A stretch of DNA of 29,799 bases from Parcubacteria group bacterium CG11_big_fil_rev_8_21_14_0_20_39_22 (GCA_002787175.1 PCWC01000066.1:1-29799); one strand, 5' to 3'. Shown: positions 17,355 to 24,813, counted from the stretch's first letter. The notes: a model not told the origin generated them from the letters alone. Numbers and translations are program-made.

Positions 17355-17738
17355 ATGACAAGTAACTCTCTCTCTCTCTCTCTTAAATTTCCGGCAGTGA
17401 TTATGAAGATGAAGGAAGCATACCAATTCTGGCTTGCTATTCACCGCAATTTCCCAAGAGTAGAGCGAATGGGTATCGGGCAAAAGATTGAGAATAATTT
17501 TCTCTCGCTTTTGGAGATAAGTTTTGGAGCGGTCTATCTGCCTCCGGAGACAAAGGTGGTACAGCTTACGAGAGCGATCACCCATCTTGATACTCTACGC
17601 TTTTTTATCCAACTTGCGTGGGAAAGTAAACTCATCCCGATGGAGAAATATACCACGCTCATAGAGCAACTCCACGAAGTTGGACGGCAAATTGGCGGAT
17701 GGAAGAAAGGTCTGGAGCAAAAACTCCCGCGGAGATAG
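17355..17738 (+). CDS. avd: DGR accessory variability determinant (Avd, four-helix bundle)
   Basis: 127 aa with FPRVERMGIGQKIEN, LDTLRFFIQLA and EVGRQIGGWKK; sits between RT and TR on the opposite strand. Confidence 0.9.
   Translation: MTSNSLSLSLKFPAVIMKMKEAYQFWLAIHRNFPRVERMGIGQKIENNFLSLLEISFGAVYLPPETKVVQLTRAITHLDTLRFFIQLAWESKLIPMEKYTTLIEQLHEVGRQIGGWKKGLEQKLPRR
17366..17383 (+). repeat. (CT)9 microsatellite in the 5' coding region of avd
   Basis: AGTAA-CTCTCTCTCTCTCTCTCT-TAAA, encoding N-SLSLSL. Confidence 0.95.
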
Positions 17739-17744
17739 CGGGAG
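17724..17744 (-). other. Hairpin 3' of TR (spacer/terminator-like), antisense to the avd 3' end
   Basis: Minus strand CTCCCGC-tatctcc-GCGGGAG followed by TTTTT; spans the avd stop codon on the other strand. Confidence 0.65.
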
Positions 17745-17752
17745 AAACAATG

Positions 17753-17875
17753 AGTTTCGGGAGAACGAACCGATTACGGTTCTCGGCATTCCAAACGTTC
17801 TCGTTCGAGAGCGGATTCACGTTCGCCTTGCGGTTACCATCCGCGTTCCGATTCGCGTTCACGACGAAGAATTTG
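17753..17875 (-). ncRNA. DGR template repeat (TR, 123 bp)
   Basis: Ungapped alignment to 18218-18340 (offset 465) gives 106/123 identity; all 17 mismatches are at TR adenines; 11 in-frame AAC/AAT codons. Confidence 0.98.
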
Positions 17876-18202
17876 TGTGATAAACCATCCGTAGCATAAC
17901 TCGCCAAATCATGACGAAATGCGAATTTTTTGGGACATAGAAGTCCGCCAGTTTATCACACCAACTGATTGTTTTTTTAATTTTTGAAAAAATACATCCA
18001 CTCTCTTGCAAGACACTTTGTATCAAGGATACGTGTCCGACAAAATTCTCAAATGCATTCTTACACAAACATGTCACCGAAGTATTTTTACCACGATGTT
18101 ACCCATGAATGCTTTTTTATTATACAAAAATCCCTCCAACACCACAAAACTAATTTTGCAAAGTGTCAGAGGGATTGAGAGACAAAGGGTCAGAAGAGCT
18201 AA

Positions 18203-18217
18203 GTAGCCGAGGGCTAC
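18203..18217. other. Short hairpin/cruciform at the VR 3' end (candidate retrohoming cis-element)
   Basis: GTAGCC-gag-GGCTAC overlapping the target stop codon; absent after TR. DGR target recognition generally uses such a hairpin downstream of VR. Confidence 0.55.
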
Positions 18218-18864
18218 AGTTGCGGGAGAACGAACCGACGACGGTTCCCGGCAAACCAAACGCCCTCGTCCGAGAGCGGATCCACGTACGCCTTGCGGTC
18301 ACCATCCGCGCGCCGACACGCGTACACGACGAAGAATTTGCCATCCGATTTTCTTTTAACAAGGAACCGGAACCCTGCCCAACCATCCCCGCGGAGATAT
18401 TTCTCCGCTTCCCGTTCAAAAAACAGGACGATTTGGTGCTGGGTCAGACAGAGTCGCTCCAGTGGCACACCGTATCCGTCATAGATTTGACGGGATTTTC
18501 CATCGCGGATTTGCTCATCCACGACCACTTTCATCTCGAGAGTTGGTTCGTCGGGGACATTCAGTCCCTGATTGACGAAATCCCCGTCAATGAAATTCGG
18601 GAACACGTCTAGTGCACCCGCGATGGTGCGGGAGCCGTCGGTCTCGGGAATAACAACAGGTTCCGTGGAGAGTCGGCGGACAAACGGAATCGGCTTGATT
18701 TCGGCGTTGCCGTCCATAACATCCAAGACTGACGAGAGCAGTCCCGGAGTATCGGCTAAACGCTTGATTCTCTCCCCTGTCCAGTTACTTTCACGGTTAC
18801 CTTCACGGCGAAACGCCAACTTCAGCTCATTCGCCAATCCAACATCGAGCATTAGATCGCTCAT
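18214..18864 (-). CDS. DGR target protein (216 aa) with a hypervariable C-terminus, probable C-type-lectin-like fold
   Basis: The C-terminal 41 codons are the VR; AAGGA SD upstream; no obvious signal peptide or TM segment. The fold is inferred from general DGR biology. Confidence 0.9.
   Translation of the reverse strand: MSDLMLDVGLANELKLAFRREGNRESNWTGERIKRLADTPGLLSSVLDVMDGNAEIKPIPFVRRLSTEPVVIPETDGSRTIAGALDVFPNFIDGDFVNQGLNVPDEPTLEMKVVVDEQIRDGKSRQIYDGYGVPLERLCLTQHQIVLFFEREAEKYLRGDGWAGFRFLVKRKSDGKFFVVYACRRADGDRKAYVDPLSDEGVWFAGNRRRFVLPQL
18218..18340 (-). repeat. DGR variable repeat (VR)
   Basis: KFFVVYACRRADGDRKAYVDPLSDEGVWFAGNRRRFVLPQL versus TR-encoded KFFVVNANRNADGNRKANVNPLSNENVWNAENRNRFVLPKL. 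Confidence 0.98.
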
Positions 18865-19053
18865 AGTATTTCCTTTTGGTTTTGCAACAGAGTCACTATG
18901 ACATAGTTGCGGTTTCAGTTTACCCCGAGTTTCCTCGAGGGGTTTATGCTACGAACCCTCAGTGGTCATAACCAAAAAATGCCTATTTATAAGCCCCTTT
19001 TGGCTATGACCACCTGCAAATCATTTTTCAAAGTACCTCACTTTCCTATCTCT

Positions 19054-19081
19054 ATTATACACGAATTAGTAGGTTTGTCAA
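19054..19081 (-). promoter_or_regulatory. Consensus sigma70-type promoter of the DGR target gene
   Basis: TTGACA (19081-19076), 16-nt spacer, TATAAT (19059-19054); implies a leader of about 180 nt. Confidence 0.75.
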
Positions 19082-19145
19082 GGTCTGTTTTGTTTCACCT
19101 AATTTGAACACTACTCCCCGCTCGAGCCAAAGCTACGATAGACAA

Positions 19146-19173
19146 GCCCGCCTTCGCTAAAGCTACGGCGGGC
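19146..19173 (+). repeat. REP-like palindromic repeat
   Basis: GCCCGCC-TTCGCTAAAGCTAC-GGCGGGC, preceded by a degenerate copy (GCCAAAGCTACGA, 19126-19138). Confidence 0.75.
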
Positions 19174-19377
19174 AAGCAAAACTCCCCCGCCAAATGTCCG
19201 TACCTAAAACAGACTCCGGTAACCCCTAATACTGGATGTTATCTTCTCCTTTCCTCTCGGTATTCTCCCTTTCTTTTTTCGGGTGTCCTCCCTACAAGGG
19301 AGGTGCTGAGTCCTCGAAGCGGAGGGTGTTGTCTTTTTCTTTCCTCTTCTTTCCCCCTACCAACTAAAACCTAACAA

Positions 19378-20511
19378 CTAAAACCTATTTCTTAGAGCTT
19401 CAATACCGGACAGAGTGCCGTTGGCGAGAAAGTCGAGCATCGCACCGCCACCAGTCGATACGAAAGAAAAATTATCTTCAAGTTCAAGAGTTTGAAGAGC
19501 TGCTACAGTATCGCCACCACCGACAATCGAGACGGCATCGCTTCTCGCAATCGAAGCAGCCAGTTTTTCCGTCCCACCATAGAAACCTCTTTCATAAAAT
19601 CCGAGAGGACCGTTCCACAATATAAATTTCGCTCCACTTATAATGTTTTTAAGATTCGCTAATGTTTCAGGACCAGCATCTCTTATGTAATCTTGCTTTT
19701 CTATAGAGTCAATTTTTTTGACCGTAACCCTACCATCACTTTCAACTAATGCATCCTTTATGGTGACAATATTTTTGGCTTTCATAATTTTATCGATACC
19801 AAAATCCGAACCTGAAACCTTTGAATTTCCAACTTCAAGACCCGAAGCTTTTAAAATGTCGTTAGACAAAGCACCGCCAACAAATACAGTATCGGCACGC
19901 GAAATAAATTTCTCGACAAGAGGCAACTTGGTTTCAAATTTGGCTCCACCCAAGATAAAAACAAAAGGATGTTTTGGATTGAAAGCTTCGCTTAGATGAC
20001 TTATCTCATCTTTGAGTAAAAAACCTGCGTAGTGTGGCAAAAGCTTGGGAACCTTAACTACCGAAGCGTGTTCCCGATGACAAACAGAAAATGCGTCACC
20101 TACATACAAATCGACAAGCGAAGCAAGGTCGTGAGCAAAATCGTCTTTGTTTTGTTTCTCTCCAGGCCAGAGTCTTACATTTTCAAGCAAAACTACCGAA
20201 CCTGGACTAACCTTTGACAAGGCCTCCCCCGATGATTTTAAAGTAGAGGCTTTTATAACATTATAGTAATCTTTTAAAAGATTATAGACTGGCAAAATCG
20301 GTATCGGCTTCTTGTCCTCATCTTCCAAATGAGTTACCAATAGAATTTTTGCTTTTTTGTTGATAAGAAAATCTATGGTCGGTTTACTTTTCCTAAACCT
20401 AAAGTCATCCCGCACACGATCTCCTTCGGTCTGCATATTAAGATCGAGTCGTAGTAAGACCTTTTTACCCTCCAAGCTTATATCATCGCTTAAAAATGGT
20501 AGATCAAGCAT
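19378..20511 (-). CDS. pgk: Phosphoglycerate kinase
   Basis: VLLRLDLN, LLENVR, DAF...HR.HAS, ILGGAK, WNGPLG.YE, GGGDT and STGGGA. Confidence 0.97.
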   Translation of the reverse strand: MLDLPFLSDDISLEGKKVLLRLDLNMQTEGDRVRDDFRFRKSKPTIDFLINKKAKILLVTHLEDEDKKPIPILPVYNLLKDYYNVIKASTLKSSGEALSKVSPGSVVLLENVRLWPGEKQNKDDFAHDLASLVDLYVGDAFSVCHREHASVVKVPKLLPHYAGFLLKDEISHLSEAFNPKHPFVFILGGAKFETKLPLVEKFISRADTVFVGGALSNDILKASGLEVGNSKVSGSDFGIDKIMKAKNIVTIKDALVESDGRVTVKKIDSIEKQDYIRDAGPETLANLKNIISGAKFILWNGPLGFYERGFYGGTEKLAASIARSDAVSIVGGGDTVAALQTLELEDNFSFVSTGGGAMLDFLANGTLSGIEALRNRF

Positions 20512-21271
20512 GTTCTACTATTGAAATAATTTCGTTGAAATTGGAAGCGATCAAGCTCTCATGTCCGACCAAGAATCCGCTTATACCACCATCGGTTATA
20601 AGCGACTTAGCATTACCTACAGTTACAGAACCTCCATATATTATAGGTATAGTACTCGCCCTTTCCTTACCGTACATAAGAGAAAGAGTTTTTCTTATAA
20701 AGATTACTGTACCTTCTATATCAGCCGGGCTCATAGCATCAAAAGTAGTCTTGCCAATCGCCCAAATTGGCTCGTAAGCTACTATTAGCTTATTTAGATG
20801 TTGTTGCGGAAACTTATAAAGTGAATTTTTAAGTTCTTCGGATAAGACTGACAAATATTTACCGGATTCATCTCTTTTGTCTTCGCCAATGCAGATAATC
20901 ACTGATAGACCGTCCGTAACCGCCTGAATAGCTTTCTTTGCAACTATTTCATCATCTTCTCCAAGAGCGCGACGTTCCGAATGTCCGACAATAACGTACT
21001 CAGCTCTTGAATCAGAAAGCATATCGGCGCTTACCTCTCCAGTATGAGAACCTCTGCTTTTATAAAACACGTCTTGACCGCCGAGCGAGATGTTTTTGGA
21101 GCGTAAACTACCGGCAAGCATTCCCAAAAACACAAACGGAGGACACACGACAACATTAGTTTTCTTTACAGAGGTGACTTTTTTCTTCACCGAATCAAAC
21201 AGAGACTTCGCTTCTCCCCTTGTGTGTGGGGACATTTTCCAATTTCCTATAACTATTTTTTTAGCTTTCAT
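20504..21271 (-). CDS. tpiA: Triosephosphate isomerase
   Basis: IGNWKM, VIVGHSERR, AYEPIWAIG and IYGGSV; overlaps the pgk start. Confidence 0.97.
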   Translation of the reverse strand: MKAKKIVIGNWKMSPHTRGEAKSLFDSVKKKVTSVKKTNVVVCPPFVFLGMLAGSLRSKNISLGGQDVFYKSRGSHTGEVSADMLSDSRAEYVIVGHSERRALGEDDEIVAKKAIQAVTDGLSVIICIGEDKRDESGKYLSVLSEELKNSLYKFPQQHLNKLIVAYEPIWAIGKTTFDAMSPADIEGTVIFIRKTLSLMYGKERASTIPIIYGGSVTVGNAKSLITDGGISGFLVGHESLIASNFNEIISIVEHA

Positions 21272-21317
21272 ATTATAGATAATATTAGCATTTTTACACT
21301 AAGATTTGGAGGAACAT

Positions 21318-23093
21318 TTATATCTCTCGCCAACCAGCTACACTCCATGTCCCGGAAGGACCGCTTGTGAAATTTATATCTTGTAACCCTGTTTCGTAGT
21401 GAACAGATGTTCCACCGGTCATCACGATTTTTTTAGCGGTAGCTTGCTTCGCTTGGGCTCCGCCTGAAAATTCTATTGTGCCCTTTTGAGCATTTAAGAC
21501 TACCGCCCCTGTGCCTCCGGAAACCTCTATAGCCGAATCGTTGCTACACCCGATAGTCGGACAAGAGCTTGTACTTACAACCAGAAGATAACTCCCCTCG
21601 GTACCACTCCCTTCAAACACACCACCACCCGTTACTGAAACATTACCGTCGGTTACGATCACTCCACTATTTTCGGAATAACTGCTCGATAACTTTATTT
21701 TGGCTTCCCCTGAAAGGGAAATGTCGCCCGTAACCCAAAGAGTTCCGGTTACATTGAGAACCGCCCCGGAACCGACCGACAGATCACCGACTATTTTTTG
21801 CGGACCCAGGTACACAACCTCGCTCCCATCAAAACTCTTGTCGCCGTTGTAAACCCCGCCGGTCTCTGCCTCTTCTTTCCAACTTTCGATATTTCCGTCT
21901 GAAATCGGAAGGGGTGATTGTACAGGATCAGGACGTGATGTATCGCAAGCTTTGTTGTTATTTGTAGACGCTTGGCAATATATTGTACCGGTAACTGAAG
22001 AATTATTGACCTCATGCGCCCAAGCATCTCCGCCGGACTGACCGATTGTTATGCCATCTATAAGACCAGTATCACCGCCTGCGTAGGTTTCAAAATATAT
22101 ATCAATTCCGGAAGGTGAAGTGTCGCCCCATGTTCCACCGTTGCCCTGCGACCATGTTCCTGTTTTGGCTTGTCCGCCTGCGTATGAATTCTGCGATCCA
22201 CCGAGGGAATAATAAGAACCCCATGTAGTCCCCGTATCGAAAACTATCCAGTAAGTTGTACCTGAAGTAAGTGCCGGTTGACTGGTAAAAGGTAAAGTCA
22301 GGTAATTAAATGAAGTTGTTACTTGCGAAGCACTTTGTGTCGCGGAAGCGTAGGTTGTCTTGCCCGGACTGCCAGAAGAATCGTTTACCAAACGGACTGT
22401 GATGTTATTCATCCAGTTATTTGTGCTTTTTTTCATATAGAATCTGATACTTGTGATTGGAGTTGTCGTGCCGGCAACAAAGCTCTGTGCCGCGTCTTGC
22501 GGAGTAGAATTTCCTCCAAAATCTATTACGTTAGGTGCGGGTGTTGTACCGATATGCGATACATCAGTCGAAGGATCGGAGCCGTTTGCAACCGTTGCCG
22601 AACCGGTAATAAATGGTCCGCCGGAGCCCAAAATATCGCCATTTGAATAAACATTGCCGTAAATACCGGCACCACCCGCCATTTCAAAACCGCCTTCTCC
22701 CGATTGGAGTCCATAGCTGAAACTTACGCCAACAACTTCTTCAACTTCCATTTCAATATTCCTTTCGAAATCTTCGGATTGTCCGTTTACAGTGATCGTC
22801 TTACCGCTACTCGTGTTGGCGACATTTATTGTCGCGGTAGCATTTCCGATACTGATTGTCTCCGAGGACACCTCCATTTGATTTTTCAATTTATACAAAA
22901 CTTCTTCGGTGGCACTATTTCCTGCCATAAATGCTTGTTTTGAATGGATGAAAGCACCTGCCGATGAATTGCTCGATACCAAAGGGAACAATATGGCATA
23001 TACAATAATACCGGAGACAATGATAAATATAAGTACGTTTATCATAACGACTTGCCCTCCTTTGAAAATCAATTTTTTATTTTTTTTATTCAT
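21318..23093 (-). CDS. PilX/GspK-like large minor pilin with Gly/Ser/Thr-rich beta domains
   Basis: KGG|QVVM leader without Glu+5, hydrophobic helix, then S.QA..A.NSA.EE.L (PilX N-terminal pattern); last gene of the pilin series. Confidence 0.7.
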   Translation of the reverse strand: MNKKNKKLIFKGGQVVMINVLIFIIVSGIIVYAILFPLVSSNSSAGAFIHSKQAFMAGNSATEEVLYKLKNQMEVSSETISIGNATATINVANTSSGKTITVNGQSEDFERNIEMEVEEVVGVSFSYGLQSGEGGFEMAGGAGIYGNVYSNGDILGSGGPFITGSATVANGSDPSTDVSHIGTTPAPNVIDFGGNSTPQDAAQSFVAGTTTPITSIRFYMKKSTNNWMNNITVRLVNDSSGSPGKTTYASATQSASQVTTSFNYLTLPFTSQPALTSGTTYWIVFDTGTTWGSYYSLGGSQNSYAGGQAKTGTWSQGNGGTWGDTSPSGIDIYFETYAGGDTGLIDGITIGQSGGDAWAHEVNNSSVTGTIYCQASTNNNKACDTSRPDPVQSPLPISDGNIESWKEEAETGGVYNGDKSFDGSEVVYLGPQKIVGDLSVGSGAVLNVTGTLWVTGDISLSGEAKIKLSSSYSENSGVIVTDGNVSVTGGGVFEGSGTEGSYLLVVSTSSCPTIGCSNDSAIEVSGGTGAVVLNAQKGTIEFSGGAQAKQATAKKIVMTGGTSVHYETGLQDINFTSGPSGTWSVAGWREI

Positions 23094-23616
23094 AAGAACG
23101 TCTAAGGACGGCTACTCCCGGATAGCTTTCAAAATACGTTTCGCCTTTTATCGTATAGGTTATCGTAACAACGTATCGTATGGCAACCGAAACCGGAGTG
23201 TCTATATTTGTAAATTGAAGTCCGGAGACCGATAAACTTTCCGGGGTAATTGCCGTAGCCGATCCACCGTCTTCACTATAATATACTCTACCCTCTTCTA
23301 AATATATTTCTTTGACAACCGTCTCTCCATCTTCCACAGCCGTAATTGACAATGACCCGTTTGGCACGCCGAAAACGCTATCTTCAAGATTTACGGAGCT
23401 ACCTGTTCGAATATCTTTGGTTACAATATCTATGATTGCCGTCCCTGTTCTGTCTACCCGAAGTCTTGTTGCAAAATATTCATACAACGAATAGCTCTTC
23501 ACAATAAGATACGAAATCAAACCAAGAATCAAAGTGACTCCGGCAATATAGACAATAAGTTCCACCAAAGTGAAACCTTTCCCCCGATTAATACTTCCAG
23601 TAGCATACAGTCTCAT
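23086..23616 (-). CDS. Type IV pilin-like protein (PilW/GspJ position)
   Basis: Class III signal peptide KG|FTLVE plus hydrophobic helix. Confidence 0.85.
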   Translation of the reverse strand: MRLYATGSINRGKGFTLVELIVYIAGVTLILGLISYLIVKSYSLYEYFATRLRVDRTGTAIIDIVTKDIRTGSSVNLEDSVFGVPNGSLSITAVEDGETVVKEIYLEEGRVYYSEDGGSATAITPESLSVSGLQFTNIDTPVSVAIRYVVTITYTIKGETYFESYPGVAVLRRSYE

Positions 23617-23617
23617 A

Positions 23618-24097
23618 TTAATTATTGTGTATATTATGAATAAGAAGTTTCGATTCTGAAAATACGTACCCGTCCGAAACTCGTGATATTGTTATGGTGG
23701 CTTTTTTGGTATTTGTATCTTCAGTACCCGACTCAACTATCGAATCATTTTCGTCCCTGTAAACGGGTTCGATTACTATGGTTCGACTAAGTGTGCCGTC
23801 TATTACAATAGGGGTAGAAGTGGCAAAGTACTCACCATCTTCAAAATCAATATAGTAGTTAGCCCCTTCAGAAAGTGAGTCTATATTTTCTATCCATCCC
23901 ATATCCCGTATGATTAGAATTGCCTCGGAAGCTTCCTCGGCAAGTACCGCGGCTTGAGTTTTATAACCCACCCTTTGCGTAAATTTAAAATAGAGATTCA
24001 TCAAGTTGCTAATAAAAATCACGACAGTCAAAATTATGGCAAGAGCGACTATAATCTCGATAACACTGAAACCTTTGGTTTTTGTTTTGGTTTTCAT
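23618..24097 (-). CDS. Type IV pilin-like protein (PilV/GspI position)
   Basis: KG|FSVIE prepilin motif plus hydrophobic helix. Confidence 0.85.
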   Translation of the reverse strand: MKTKTKTKGFSVIEIIVALAIILTVVIFISNLMNLYFKFTQRVGYKTQAAVLAEEASEAILIIRDMGWIENIDSLSEGANYYIDFEDGEYFATSTPIVIDGTLSRTIVIEPVYRDENDSIVESGTEDTNTKKATITISRVSDGYVFSESKLLIHNIHNN

Positions 24098-24100
24098 AGG

Positions 24101-24562
24101 TTATTGCAAATCGATATTTCCCGATAAGTCTATTGATATTGTCCTTGTGACTCCCGAATCAGAAGATATGGTTATAGTCGATGATTCTTCGACCCCTCCG
24201 GTAAGACGACTAAATATTACAGTGCGGTCAGTATTGGTTGTCGTGTCTGAAAGAGAAACGTTTGAATCCAATTCGTAAACCACATTATCGGGGTCGGAAG
24301 AATTGTATTCCAATCCCGAAAACACAATATAAGAATCGTCGTTTAGTTTAACCCCTTGATTTTCTCCACCTTTACCAGCAAGTGCGTTGGCTCGTGCCTC
24401 TTCAAGACGAAAAAGTAACGTATCGGTAACCGTCTTTACAATCGTCTCTTTTTTTGATTTGTTTAAATTTACCACTACTATTCCAAGAAGGATTCCTATG
24501 ACAAAGAGCGATATTAGAATTTCTATCAAAGTAAAACCTTTCTGATGTAGATTTTTAGTCAT
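24101..24562 (-). CDS. Type IV pilin-like protein (FimT/GspH position)
   Basis: KG|FTLIE motif, then LEEARANALAG; start set to ATG 24562 because ATG 24601 lies inside MITE D. Confidence 0.85.
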   Translation of the reverse strand: MTKNLHQKGFTLIEILISLFVIGILLGIVVVNLNKSKKETIVKTVTDTLLFRLEEARANALAGKGGENQGVKLNDDSYIVFSGLEYNSSDPDNVVYELDSNVSLSDTTTNTDRTVIFSRLTGGVEESSTITISSDSGVTRTISIDLSGNIDLQ

Positions 24563-24593
24563 ATTTTGCGTCGATATATTGAACAAATTCTTA

Positions 24594-24813
24594 GAGCCCA
24601 TCTAATAACCCATCGCAACCCAAAGCATTTCAAAATTCGAGAGAAAAACGGTGAAGACGATGGAAGTGTACCGAGGTACTCTGACCCCCGCCTCCGCTAA
24701 AGCTATGGCGGGCAAGGATGAGCCGTTTTTTGCCGAATTTTGAAGTGCGACGGCGCGAAACAAAACTTGTTTTTCTTGTTTTATCATTTTGTGGTGGGTT
24801 ATTAGATGGGCTC
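24594..24813. mobile_element. MITE-like element D (220 bp) with a nested REP
   Basis: Perfect 19-bp TIR GAGCCCATCTAATAACCCA, flanked by TTA at 24591-24593 and 24814-24816 (the pilC stop); same inner end signatures (CATCG/CACCAC) as A-C; REP copy at 24687-24716. Confidence 0.78.

Noticed and set aside
16368-17585. Group II intron, retron or CRISPR-associated RT; 405-aa ORF length
   Set aside because: The GLPLGNLTSQ motif, absence of maturase or Cas1 fusion, and the adjacent avd and TR/VR make it a DGR RT. The extra 84 codons are antisense to avd.
17659-17907. 82-aa Asn-rich ORF as a second target gene
   Set aside because: It is the TR read in the target frame; AAY-rich templates are naturally stop-free, and its tail overlaps avd antisense.
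17680-18901. Plus-strand ORFs over TR and target (17680-17880, 17699-17899, 18163-18612, 18293-18484, 18572-18901)
   Set aside because: Antisense shadows of GC-rich TR/target sequence with no recognisable motifs.
18915-18950. c-di-GMP-I riboswitch in the target leader
   Set aside because: A GAAA-capped stem preceded by AAACC is suggestive, but the expected downstream ACGCAAAG segment and receptor helix are absent.
21318-24562. Remote DGR variable repeats in the pilin-like genes
   Set aside because: By eye, none of their 3' ends resembles TR or carries the VR hairpin.
24563-24601. N-terminal extension MGSKNLFNISTQN of the FimT-like pilin
   Set aside because: That ATG lies in the terminal repeat of MITE D; ATG 24562 gives a normal short basic prepilin leader.
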